This document shows, one piece after another, positions 1 to 12,268 of a DNA stretch of 64,000 nucleotides; the first letter of the stretch is position 1; the number at the start of each line of letters is the position of its first letter. The stretch spans positions 3,472,001 to 3,536,000 of the forward strand of contig JBHGNT010000012.1 in assembly GCA_043228905.1 (NCBI GenBank). The letters are read 5' to 3'. The notes below the pieces were generated by a model. That model did not search any database and had not been told where the DNA came from. It saw only the letters and a list, made by a program, of their open reading frames with translations. This stretch comes from Azolla caroliniana. Lineage: Eukaryota; Plantae; Polypodiophyta. Both the position numbers and the translations under genes were made by a program.

Positions 1-201
1 TACCTTAACATAACATGGTCGTAGAATTGTTGCTATGACTGTCCATGTTGTTATTATGGATCTTTGTCTTCTATTGTTAAAACTATTATGTTTCTCTTCC
101 ATTGCTGCTTAGATTGTGTAGTGTGTTGATAATGGTTCCACTAGCGTTATCCGCATGTTTTTATACACTTGTATTTCCACTAGCGTTATTGTTCGGAGCT
201 T

Positions 202-473
202 GATCCCGTGTGAATCACCTAAGAAATAGATTAGATCAATTTTAAATACAAGTTTGAAAGCCTTAATAAGTTTGTTATTTCCACCACATTATCCTAAAGT
301 TCACTGTCTTACATTGTCCACAATTATATACATATGGTTTGATCCCATACGAACAAACTGAGGAATAGATTAGATCAACTTTAAATACAAGTATTAAATA
401 CCTTAATAAGTTAGTTATTCCAATCACATTATCCTAAAGTGCACGATCCTACATTGTCCACAATTATATACAT
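202..473. repeat. Diverged tandem duplication, 2 x ~139 bp
   Basis: GATCCC..AATAGATTAGATCAA..CACATTATCCTAAAGT..TACATTGTCCACAATTATATACAT occurs at ~202 and ~341. Confidence 0.8.
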
Positions 474-523
474 GCGAGTATGGGTCAAAGTATAAATTAT
501 AACTCATTTTATTAGTATGGTTA

Positions 524-999
524 TGTTGGGAGACAGGTTCCTTCGGATGGGAAGGGAGAAGAACAGTGCCGACGAACAAACTCGGCCGAGGCCGACAGGC
601 CAAGGCCGAAACGGTATGAACCGGATGGGGAGTACCCAACTGCGGAGAGCCGGATGGTGTAGGCCCGGCCCGACTGCGGAGAGCCGGATGGTGTAGACCC
701 GGTATGAACCGGATGGGGAGTACCCGACTGCGGAGAGAGCCGGATGGTGTAGACCCGGTATGAACCGGATGGGGAGTACCCGACTGCGGAGAGTCGGATG
801 GTGTAGGCCCGGTATGAACCGGAGGAAGAGACATATTTGTAAATATGTTTCTGAGAGCCCATCGAGGCTACATTTGTAAATAGCCGAAAAGTCATATTAG
901 TATAAATATGACTTAGGGCAAACTTTTAGTGTTGGTGTCGTTTTTTTGTTGTTGTTATTCTTCCTTGTTGGTGCAAGAAGAAGATAGAGCGCGTAACTG

Positions 1000-1034
<35 letters not shown>

Positions 1035-1309
1035 GAGGTCGTTGCCTCTGTTGTAACCGCCGCCTGTGGCGAAGATCTGAGAGCACGAGGTCGTTGCCTC
1101 AGTGAACTCACTGTTGTATATTCCTACATAGTGACAGTTTGCAGCCTGTGGGCTGCCGTGGTTTTTCCCCTATTTTGGGGTTTTCCACGTAAACCTCCTG
1201 TGTACCATTTCTCTCCTTTGTGTCGCGTTTCATTACCTGTTTTTCTGTGTATGAAAAGAATCTCGGTTGTGGCCGAGCGTCGGTCATAAGGAATGTCGAG
1301 TTCTCTGCA
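524..1309 (+). repeat. 5' LTR (786 bp) with internal ~54-bp tandem units and an (AG)n tract
   Basis: Near-identical to 5413-6134; TG...CA termini; followed by the PBS. Confidence 0.97.
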
Positions 1310-1311
1310 AG

Positions 1312-1323
1312 TGGTATCAGAGC
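1312..1323 (+). promoter_or_regulatory. Primer binding site, complementary to the initiator tRNA-Met 3' end
   Basis: TGGTATCAGAGC begins 2 nt after the 5' LTR. Confidence 0.95.
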
Positions 1324-1339
1324 GAAATCGACACAGAAA

Positions 1340-4300
1340 ATGGACAAATCGTTTGGCGGCATGTTCAAGCTCACCGGCTCCAACTACTCAGTGTGGAAGT
1401 CGAAGATGAGGGACATGCTTGTGGTTAAAGACCTCTGGCTGCCGGTTCAGTTCGGGGACAAGAGACCGGACAAAATCGACGCCGCGATATGGGAGGTGAT
1501 GCACATGAAGACAACGGCGTACATACGGTGCTTCATCGACATGAGCCTGTACAACAACTTCAATGAAGAGAGCAAGGCTCATGAGCTCTGGGAGAAGATC
1601 GGCATAATGTTCCAGAACAAAAATGTTGTCAATCAGGTGTCGGTATTCCGGAAGCTAGTAAGACTCCGGTACCAAGATGGCTCCAGCATGGCGGAGCATA
1701 TGAATGCCTTCCAGGGGCTGATTCACCAGGCAACGTCATTGGAAGTACCTCTTGCCGATGAGGTCCTAGCGCTACTCCTGCTCAGTTCCCTCCCGGATAG
1801 CTGGGAGACGTTGGTTGTCACTTTGGGCAACGCCGGGCCGGAAGGAAAACGGTTATCCCTAGCAAGAGTAAAGTCGAGCTTGCTGGATGAGGAGGCTCGT
1901 CGGAAAGACAAAGATACGAGCTCCGGCTCCAAAGCGCTCCTTACCGAATCGGAACGCGGAAGACATAGAAACCGTAGTCCCCAGAACCGGGAGAAGTCGG
2001 GGACACGGTCAAAGTCAAGGGGGAGGCCTACTTGCTTCTATTGCGGCAAGCCGGGACACTTCCAAAAGAACTGTCGGCATTTCCGTAAAGACAAGGAAAC
2101 CGACGGTACCGATTCGAAGCAAACCCCGAACCGGAACGGTACAGACCGGAATGGTAAAGACAGGAGGGGGCCGGACCGGAAGGGAACGACGGCAATTGCG
2201 GCAAGTGAAGAGGAGTTGATGCTCATCACCGAGGAGAGTGAGATAAACCATGCCGGCGACGAGATGACCTGGGTGGTAGACTCCGGAGCGTCGTTCCATC
2301 TTACCCCGGACCGGAAATGCTTCTCATCCTACTCAACCGGTGATCACGGCTGTGTCCGGATGGGGAATGAAGGAACATGCCGAATTGTCGGCATAGGAGA
2401 CGTGTGGCTGACAACACCAACCGGATGCAAGTTGCTGTTGAAGGATGTCTGACACGTTCCGGAAGTTCGTCTGAACCTGATATCAGCCGGTCGGCTAGAT
2501 GATGAAGGCTACACGGGTAGCATCCGGAACGGTGTCATGAAGTTCAGCAAAGGGAGCCTGATTGTGGCTCGGGCCCGGAAGGTAAACACACTGTACCTGA
2601 TGAATGCCCGGTTATGTCCGGAAGAAGTGAACGTGGCTTCCGACACTGCCGGTGAGCTGTGGCACAAGAGGCTATGTCACATGAGTGAGAAGGGGATGAA
2701 GAGGCTTGGAGACGACAACCTCATTCCAGTGAAGAACGTGCACTTAGAGAAGTGCACTGATTGTCTGGCCGGTAAGCAGAACCGGACCTCCTTCCGACCA
2801 AGGCCACCGATGAGACGTAATGCACCACTGGAGTTGGTGCATACGGATGTTTGTCAAGTAGACACGAAGTCACATGCCGGAGCGCAGTACTTCGTGACGT
2901 TCATAGATGACCACAGCCGGAAGCTGTGGGCCACACCGCTGAAGACGAAGGATCAGGTGTTTTCAGTCTTCAAAGAGCTCCACGCGAGAGTGGAAAGAGA
3001 AACCGGCCGGAAGCTGAAGGCGGTTCGAGCAGATAACGGAGGAGAGTACCGGGGGGCAGTTCGAGGAATACTGCCGCTCGAAGGGAATCCGGCTCGAATT
3101 TACCGTGCCGAAGACGCCGGAACTAAACGGACTGGCCGAGAGGATGAACCGGACCATAATGGAGAGGGTCCGGAGTATGCTAACGCATGCAAAACTACCC
3201 AAGAAGTTTTGGGCTGAGGCACTGTCGACGGCGACATATGTGATAAACAGATCACCCTCAGTACCCTTGGACAGAGACACGCCACAGAGAGTATGGACCG
3301 GTAAGGAAGTGTCCTACCGGCATCTGAGAGTGTTCGGGTGTCTCGCGTACGTGCATGTAGCAAAGGACCGGAGAGGAAAGTTAGATCCAAAGACCCGGCC
3401 ATGCATATTCCTCGGTTACGGTGACGATGAGTTCGGCTACCGAGTGTGGGACCCGGTCGACAAGAAGGTATTCCGGAGTCGAGATATTATCTTCATGGAG
3501 AACAAGACGCTCGCCAACTGGGAGTCGGAGAAGAAGATAATGAACTCCGAGTCGACCGGTAAGGATAGACTCTACAATGAGCAGACCCAACCGGCAAGAG
3601 ACCGGTTAGCACTCGAGGAACCAGCCGGTTACGGTGAGGATACCGAACCGGCAGAAGAAGAAGTAGAGGAAGCTGAGACCGGAACCGGTCAAGACCCCGA
3701 ATCGGATTCGGATGAAGAGCAAATGGAGGAACCGGTTACCGAAGCCCGAAGACGTAGATATCCTCTCAGAGAGAGAAGGGCGCCCCGGAGATTTCCGGAT
3801 GCAGAGAATGTCCTGCTGACCGATGAGGGGGAGCCGGAAAGCTTCGAAGAAGCGAAGGAAGACACCCACAGCCGAAAATGGTTAAGTGCCATGCAGGATG
3901 AGATGGATTCCCTGCATGAGAACCATACGTACGAATTGGTGGAGCTGCCGAAAGGAAAGCGGGCACTTCGAAACAAGTGGGTGTTCAAGTTGAAACCGGG
4001 AGATGCCAGCAACCCCCCGAGATACAAAGCCAGGATCGTGGTGAAGGGGTTCCAGCAGAAGAAGGGCGTGGACTTCGACGAAATATTTGCCCCGGTAGTG
4101 AAGATGACCTCCATCCGGACGGTGCTGAGTATAGCAGCAAGCATGGATCTCGAGGTAGAGCAGCTGGACGTGAAGACGGCATTCCTTCACGGCGACCTCG
4201 AAGAGGAAATCTACATGCAGCAACCGGAAGGATTTGTGGAGAAGGGGAAGGAGCACCTGGTATGCCGGTTGAAGAAGAGCCTGTACGGACTGAAGCAGGC

Positions 4301-5402
4301 TCCCCGGCAATGGTACCGGAAGTTCGACTCCTTCATGACCGATCAAGGGTACCATAAGACGCAGGCCGATCACTGCGTGTTTGTGAAGAAGTTCATAGGA
4401 GGGGACTTCCTGATACTCCTCCTGTACGTGGATGACATGTTGATCGTCGGACGAGACCAAGGCAAAATACGGATGCTGAAGAAGGCTCTCAACCGGACCT
4501 TCTCAATGAAAGACTTGGGTCCGGCAAGACAGATGTTGGGGATGCACATCATTCGGGACCGGTCAATGAAGCAATTATGGCTGTCACAGGAGAAGTATGT
4601 GACAAAGGTGCTTCACCGGTTCAACATGTCAGATGCAAAACCGGTCGGATCGACACTTCCGGCAAATTGCAAGTTGTCCGGCAAGCAAAGCCCGAAGACA
4701 AAAGGAGAGAAGGCAGATATGATGAAGATTCCATATGCCTCTGCCGTCGGGAGCTTGATGTACGCAATGGTTTGTACCCGACCAGACATTGGATACGCAG
4801 TCGGAGTGGTGAGCCGGTTCATGAGTAATCCCCGCAAGGAGCATTGGAATGCGGTCAAATGGATACTCCGGTATTTGAAGGGCACTTCAAATATGTGTCT
4901 CCGATTCGGCTCCGGGAAACCTCAACTGGACGGTTTCACCGATTCGGACATGTCGGCTTATGTGGATACCAGCCGGTCTACATCCGGGTATGTGATGACA
5001 TATGCAGGGGGAGCTGTTTCATGGCAGTCGAGGCTGCAGAAGACGGTTGCATTGTCAACCACAGAGGCGGAGTACATGGCGACTGTAGAAGCCGGCAAGG
5101 AAATATTATGGATGAAGGACTTCATCGGAGAACTCGGTATCCGGCAAGAGGAATACCGACTCTACTGCGACAGTCAAAGTGCCATCCACCTTGCTAAGAA
5201 TGCGGCCTACCATTCCCGGACGAAGCATATCCAGCGGAGGTATCACTGGATCCGGGAAAGGGTAGATGACCAGGAGTTCGCACTGACGAAGATCCACACG
5301 ACCGAGAACGGGTCAGATATGCTGACCAAAGTGCTGACACCCGACAAGCTGGACGCATGCTGGAAGAGGATCGGGCTGGAAAGACACCCCATGCCGGAGT
5401 GA
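1340..5402 (+). pseudogene. Copia gag-pol polyprotein with one in-frame stop (2450-2452) and one +1 frameshift (G run at 3051-3056)
   Basis: Zinc knuckle CFYCGKPGHFQKNC; protease WVVDSGAS; LWHKRLCH; integrase HTD..ADNGGEY..NGLAERMNRT; RT LYVDDML; RNase H. The frame continues HVPEVRLNLIS after the TGA. Confidence 0.93.
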
Positions 5403-5410
5403 AGGGGGAG
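5397..5410 (+). promoter_or_regulatory. Polypurine tract
   Basis: GAGTGAAGGGGGAG lies just before the 3' LTR. Confidence 0.9.
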
Positions 5411-5412
5411 TT

Positions 5413-6134
5413 TGTTGGGAGACAGGTCCCTCCGGATGGGAAGGGAGAAGAACAGTGCCAACGAACAAACTCGGCCGAGGCCGACAGGCCGAGGCCAAAA
5501 CGGTATGAACCGGATGGGGAGTACCCGACTGCGGAGAGCCGGATGGTGTAGGCCCGGCCCGACTGCGGAGAGCCGGATGGTGTAGACCCGGTATGAACCG
5601 GATGGGGAGTACCCGACTGCGGAGAGTCGGATGGTGTAGACCCGGTATGAACCGGAGGAAGAGACATATTTGTAAATATGTTTCTGAGAGCCCATCGAGG
5701 CTACATTTGTAAATAGCCGAAAAGTCATATTAGTATAAATATGACTTAGGGCAAACTTTTAGTGTTGGTGTCGTTTTTTTGTTGTTGTTATTCTTCCTTG
5801 TTGGTGCAAGAAGAAGATAGAGCGCGTAACTGTACAGAGAGAGAGAGAGAGAGAGAGACGAGGTCGTTGCCTCTGTTGTAACCGCCGCCTGTGGCGAAGA
5901 TCTGAGAGCACGAGGTCGTTGCCTCAGTGAACTCACTGTTGTATATTCCTACATAGTGACAGTTTGCAGCCTGTGGGCTGCCGTGGTTTTTCCCCTATTT
6001 TGGGGTTTTCCACGTAAACCTCCTGTGTACCATTTCTCTCCTTTGTGTCGCATTTCATTACCTGTTTTTCTGTGTATGAAAAGAATCTCGGCTGTGGCCG
6101 AGCGTCGGTCATAAGGAACGTCGAGTTCTCTACA
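5413..6134 (+). repeat. 3' LTR (722 bp)
   Basis: Direct repeat of 524-1309; followed by TSD GGTTA. Confidence 0.97.
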
Positions 6135-6329
6135 GGTTACAAGTACACCTCATATTTTTGTGAAACTTAACAAATTAATATAACTCTTTAACTTAGTGTT
6201 TCCCATGTCGCACATTAGTGACATATTGAGCCATTGTTGAACTTTATTATGCCTACATTAACTTATCAACATGTCCAAACTTATTTGAATTTCTAATGAT
6301 CTCCACTCGTAAACCTATCATGTATTTTT

Positions 6330-8097
6330 AAGCCCACAACTTACGATTATGATCATCAATGAAGGTTATGAAGTATTGTTCACCGGAATGAGACCTCGCA
6401 TCCACATAGCATACATCGGTGTGAACAAGTTCGAAAACAATTTTCCTCTGCATTGGAAGCCTTGGCCGAAAGGCAACCCTATTTTGTTTTCAGGCCAGGT
6501 AGTCAACACATTTGTCCAGATGCACTTTGTTCATCTCCGGTAGGAGATCTTTCTCAACCAGCATTTGCATCCCCTTCTGGCTCATATGGCACAACCTCTT
6601 GTGCCACAACTTGTCATTTGTGTCTATCACTATATTTACCTCGTTCTGACTCAGTCGTGCATACAATACATACAATGTGTTCTGCGTCTTGGCTCGAGCC
6701 ACAATCAGGTTCCGCTTGCAGAATTTCCATGTCCCGTTTCGGAAGTTACTAATGTAACCTTCATCATCCAACCATCCAGTTGATATCAGATTCAATCTGA
6801 TATCCGGAACATGGTGCACTTCCTTCAGCATCATTTTGTAGCTTGTCAATGTCAGCAAACATAAATTGTCGATTCCCACAATCCTACATGCATTGTCATT
6901 TCCCATCTTTTCATAGCCATAATCGCTGACTATGTAAGATGAGAAGCTCTCTCTACTGGAGGTTAGGTGAAACGACGCGCCGGAATTGATCACCCATGTC
7001 AATTCATCGTTGGCTAGTTAACTTCATTCTGTTCACTAATGAACAATAGCTCCTCCTCGCTTGTGGTGACGGCTGAGGTGGACTTGTTGTCCAAAATCTT
7101 TTTCGGTTCAATACCATGAGCTCCCCCTTTGTCCTTCCGATAATGTTGATAGTTCTCCTGGAAGTGTCTCAACTTCCCCTAATAAAAGCACGTGAGCTTT
7201 CCCTTCGACTTCAACCTTGGCCTAGACTTGTCCCTGTTCTGCGGACTTCTCTGCTTGCCCCTTCCTTTGTTGGAGTTACCTTTTGTAATTAGGGCCTTAG
7301 GGTCAGAGATGGACTCTCTATCCTTCCAGCGAGCTTCTTCATTCATCAAGCTCGACTTCACCATCTCCGAGGATAGTTGCTTCCCCTGCGGTCCCACATT
7401 ACCCAAGGTTACCACGAGCGTCTCCCAATTTTCTGGAAGGGATCCCAACAACAACAATGCTAGTACCTCGTCGGTTAGAGGTACTTCTAGAGAGGTAGTC
7501 TAATTGATCAGTCCTTGGAAAGCGTTTAGGTGCTCAACCATGCTTGAGCCATCCTGATATCTTAGTCTTATGATCTTCCTGAGAACAAAGACTTTGGTAA
7601 TGGTGTTATTGTTCTTGAACATGAACCCGATCTTCTTCTATAGGACATCGACTTTTGTCTCTTCATTAAAGTTGTATAGATTCATGTCTATAAAAACACC
7701 TTATGTATGTCGTTGTCTTCAGATGCATGACTTCCCACGTTGATGCATCGATCTTGTTTGGTTTCTCATCACCATACTGCACTGCCAATCATAAATCTTT
7801 GCAAACGAGCATATCTCTCATCTTCGACTCCCAGACTGAGTAGTTGTAGCCGGTTAGGTTGAACATCCCGCCAAGATATTTGTCCATCATTCAAATACAT
7901 GTTTGTTATATATGAGGTCAACCACAATAACCAAACTATAGAAGAACAAACAAGGCATAGAAAACGAGACAAGATATTATCATGGAAAAACCCGGAAAGG
8001 GAAAAAACCACGGGAGCCCACAGATTCCAAACAAAATCACTATATGAAGAGAGTACAAAAATTGTGCCGATTGACTCGCCACAAGAACCCCGTAATC
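6330..8097 (-). mobile_element. Degenerate, truncated copia of the same family: partial LTR, gag, protease, start of integrase
   Basis: ORF fragments LLGSLPENWETLVVTLGN, MTWVINSGASFHLT and KLWHKRLCHMSQKGM match the intact element. U5-like LTR remnant at ~7900-8097. Many stops. Confidence 0.88.
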
Positions 8098-8982
8098 TGG
8101 TATGTTAACAGCACTCTTGTTCTGGAACATGATGTCGATCTTCTCCCAAAGTTCATGAGCCTTTCTCAGATCTTCATTGAAGTTGTTGTACAGGCTCATG
8201 TCGATGAAGCACCGGATGTATGTCGTCGTCTTCATTTGCATCACCTCCGACATTGTGGCGTCAATCTTATCCATTCTCTTGTCCCCGAACTAAACCAGCA
8301 ACCAAAGATCTTTGACCACCAACATATCCCTCATCTTCGACTTCCACACTGAGTAGTTGGAGCCAGTGAGCTTGAACATGCCGCCGAATGATTCTTCCAT
8401 TTTCTATGTTATTGGCTCTAATACCATATTGAAGAGAATAGACGCGGAATATTGCTCGGCTATAATGAAACACAAAAATGGGAAGTGGAGAGTACACAAA
8501 GGAAATACACAGGATGTTTACGTGGAAAAAACCCAAATAGGGAAAAAACCACGAGAGCCCACGGACTGCAACTATCACTATAGGAGAAAGGTACAATCAG
8601 AGCTTCAAAGGCAACGACCTCGAGCTCTGTATCTTCGCCAACTGGCAGTTACAACAGAGTATCTCTCTGTATCTCACACTCTCTCCCTCTCTATCGCTCT
8701 CTATACAACAGTTACAACAATATAAACAACAACACTCTCACCATGCTATAGCGATTGCCCTAAGTCATATTTATACTTATATGAACTTAGGGTTATTTAC
8801 AAATATAGCCTCAATAGGCTTACTCAAAAAAACATATCTACAAGTATGTCTTCTCTACCGGTTCTCATCGGCTCTCTTCCGGTTCTCACTACATCTCATC
8901 TGGTTACCGGATCTCTTCCGGTTCTCACCGGGTCCTCTTCATTCATCATTGGATCCCATCCAGAGGGACCGATTTCCCAACA
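8098..8982 (-). mobile_element. Second truncated copia copy: 5' LTR (8430-8982), PBS (8415-8426) and gag N-terminus
   Basis: The minus strand starts TGTTGGGA like the intact LTR. PBS TGGTATTAGAGC. gag SFGGMFKLTGSNYSVWKSKMRDML..SLYNNFNE breaks off near 8100. Confidence 0.88.
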
Positions 8983-9851
8983 GATTACGAGGTGAGATAA
9001 AAAATCTTTTGCTTAACTTTCCTAAACCCACATCTTTGAATGAGGTTATTTCCCAAGTTGTGCATTGCAATAACCATCTCTTTGAGTTCCGGCAAGAGGT
9101 ATGTCCTCACCGGATCCATCCACCTTGGCTAGCCGCTTCATCTTCATCGTCAACTCCCGCCATAGATTCTAGCTACCCCAATGGAGATCGATAGAATTCA
9201 CTATCAACCATTGACTAACGTGCAACGATAAAATTGACGGGCCAACAATTTATGTCTCTATTGTGGCGGCCCTGACCATTTTATCCGTTCTTGTCCAAAA
9301 AGGGGATCCCGTCGTACACCACATCGTGTGGATGGGGTTAACATTTTCTGCCAATAGGAAAACTCCAATGTCCCGTTGCAGTAGGGGTTGTGCATCTGGA
9401 CCACAAGAGTCGACAATTGTGTCAAGGGCCCAATCAACCGACTTCCTCGACAACAAGCTTCACACTTCCGGTCACTCTTCATTTTGGCTCTACCACTCTG
9501 AAGTCAAAAGCTTTGTTGGATTTTGGGGCTACGTCGTGCTTTATTGACATCATGTTTGCATGGACACACAACATTCCAAGAAACAAAATAACTGTCTCGA
9601 TTCCAGTTGAAGTGATCGACGGTCGAACGCTCTCTTCTGGTGCAATCACAAATACAACAATTCCCTTGAGTCTCCACATAGGAGCCCACCAGGAAGAAAT
9701 CATCTTGGGGTTATCATGGCTCAAGACTCACAATGCAAAAGTGGATTGGCGATCTCGCTCCATCAACTTCACCTCGAATTCTTGCACACGAGGAATTACT
9801 TCCACTCTTCTTTGAGCCAATGCTCTGCCATTTGTTTGGCTGCCTACTCCG

Positions 9852-11456
9852 GTGAGGACCATGTCAACGGTTGCTCCCACTCATGTTTCGGGGACAACTC
9901 CCATTTCTGCTCCAGTGAGGACCACATCAATGGTTGCTCCGATTCCAGTCTCCGCTCTGGTGAGGACCACCGCGTCAACGGTTGCTCTCACTCATGTTTT
10001 GAGGGCAACTCCCATTTCTACTCTGGTTAGGACCACGTTAGCGGTCGCTCCCATTTCCTCTTCAACAAGAATCCTGTCAATGATTGCTCCAATAGAAACA
10101 ACATCGATAGTTCCAACTGTATCGGCCTCCGAAACAAATTCCACTCTTGCTCGGGTAAGTAATACGGTGTTAATTGCATCCATTTCTAATTCGAAGGACA
10201 TGGCGGTCATGTCCACTCAAGACACTACCCTATGTAGTAGCTCTTTTCCATCAAAATACAATGATTTCTTTGATGTATTTGAGAAGAAAAATGTTGATCA
10301 TCTACCTGAACATCGCCCATACGATTGTCCAATTGACTTGAAAGATGGTGCTTGTCCTCCTTTTGGCCCTATCTATGGGTTATTTGAACCTGAACTCAAG
10401 GCCCTCAAAATATACATTGAAGAGAATCTCACAAAGGGATTCATTCGCCACTCAAAATCTCCAACTGGCTCTCCTATTCTATTTGTCAAACAGAAAGATG
10501 GAACTCTACACTTATGTATCGACTATCGCGGGTTCAATCGAGTCACTGTTCGAAACCACTATCCACTACCTCTAATCCCCAAACTCCTCGACCGACTTCG
10601 GGTTGGGCGTATATTCTCCAAAATTGATCTTAGAGGCGCCTACAACTTGGTACGTATCAAGCCTAGAGATGAGTGGAAAATGACATTTCGAACCAGGAAC
10701 GGGCATTTTGAATACATGGTAATGCCATTTGGTCTCACAAATGCTCCTACTGTTTCTCAACATATGATGAATGACATCTTCCGAGAATATCTAGACCAAT
10801 TTGTGCTCATCTATCTCGACGACATACTTATCTTCTCACAGGACTACATAGAGCACACCAAGCACGTCCGACTTATCTTGTTCAAACATCGAGAACATGG
10901 ACTTTATGCGAAACCCGAGAAGTGTGAATTTGATCAAATCTCAGTTGAATTCCTCGGATACATCATTTCATCTGATGATCTCACTATGGACAAGAAGAAA
11001 GTCGCAACGGTTCAAGAGTGGGAAGTCCCCACCAAGGTCAAGGATGTACAATCATTTTTGGGGTTTGCCAACTTCTATCGTCGATTCATCCAAGGATTCT
11101 TTACACTAGCGCAACCACTTATAGCACTCACTCGGAAGGATTCCCCTTTTTGCTGGACTCCAACAACCCAATTGGCATTCGAGACACTAAAGAAAGCTTT
11201 TACCTCGGCTTTGGTACTTATTTATCTAGATCTGACCAAACTATTTATAGTCGAAACTGATGCCTCTAACTTCGCCATCGGTGCCATTCCCTCTCAATCA
11301 GATAAATACGGGATTCTTCATCCTATTGCCTTTTCTTCTAGGAAGTTCACACCCCCCAAGATCAACTACCCAATTTATGACAAAGAACTCTTTCCCATTA
11401 TTGCCCCCTTTGAAGAATGGTGTCCTTACTTGGCGAGCGCCCAACACCGTATCTAG
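9852..11456 (+). pseudogene. Gypsy pol fragment: Thr/Ser-rich linker, RT and RNase H
   Basis: 534-aa ORF with YLDD, flanked by stops and frameshifts. Confidence 0.88.
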
Positions 11457-11830
11457 GTAGTGACCAATCACAAGAACCTTGTCTACTTCACCACTACTCG
11501 CATTTTGAACCGAAGGGAAGCGCGATGGTCGACCTTCCTGGCCGAATTCGTGAAAAATGTGATACATGTGCCCGCGCCAAAGTAGTACATCATCACCCCT
11601 ATGGTCTACTTCAACCTTTGCCAAATCCAAATAGGCCATGGGCCACCATCTCGACGGACTTTATCACTGACCTTCCAGACATTGATAGATTCAATTCAAT
11701 ATTGGTGGTGGTTGACAAATTCACAAAGATGGCACACTTTATTCCATGTTCTAAGGCAATTTCAGGGATGGAAACAACAGATCTATTATTAACAAAAATT
11801 GTGTGCCTTCACGGTTTACCGGATGACATT

Positions 11831-12268
11831 ATCTCTGATTGCAGTCCCCAATTTATGTCTCATTTCTGGAAACGCCTCTTCCAGACACTTGGAACTTCTA
11901 CCAAATTTTCGACAGCCTTCCACCTTAAGACAGATGGACAAACGGAACAAGTGAATCAGATTCTAGCGCAATATCTCTGTTGTATGATAAGTTATCAACA
12001 AGATTATTGGATCAAATTTCTTCTAATGGCCGAGTTTGCCTACAACAATATCTCTTATCGCAATCCCCAATTTATGTCTCATTTCTGGAAACGCCTCTTC
12101 TAGACACTTGGAACTTCTACCAAATTTTCGACAGCCTTCCACCTTAAGACAGATGGACAAACGGAACAAGTGAATCAGATTCTAGCGCAATATCTATGTT
12201 GTATGATAAGTTATCAACAAGATTATTGGATCAAATTTCTTCTAATGGCCGAGTTTGCCTACAACAAT
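11831..12268 (+). repeat. 219-bp tandem duplication inside the gypsy integrase
   Basis: ATCTCT..CCCCAATTTATGTCTCATTTCTGGAAACG..GCCTACAACAAT starts at 11831 and at 12050. Confidence 0.93.

Larger units (their letters stand above)
524..6134 (+). mobile_element. Full-length Ty1/copia LTR retrotransposon, recent insertion
   Basis: Two LTRs TGTTGGG...CA (524-1309, 5413-6134). 5-bp TSD GGTTA at 519-523 and 6135-6139. PBS and PPT present. Domain order gag-PR-INT-RT-RH. Confidence 0.98.

Noticed and set aside
612-823. Repeat array superficially like a CRISPR
   Set aside because: The units are contiguous with no unique spacers, lie inside an LTR in eukaryotic DNA, and have no cas genes nearby.
424-895. 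Pro/Ser-rich minus-strand ORFs (also at 5194-5728)
   Set aside because: They are by-products of the stop-free LTR tandem repeat.
2450-2452. Programmed stop read-through in the copia
   Set aside because: The stop lies within the protease region rather than at a gag-pol boundary, and is best explained as CGA->TGA decay.
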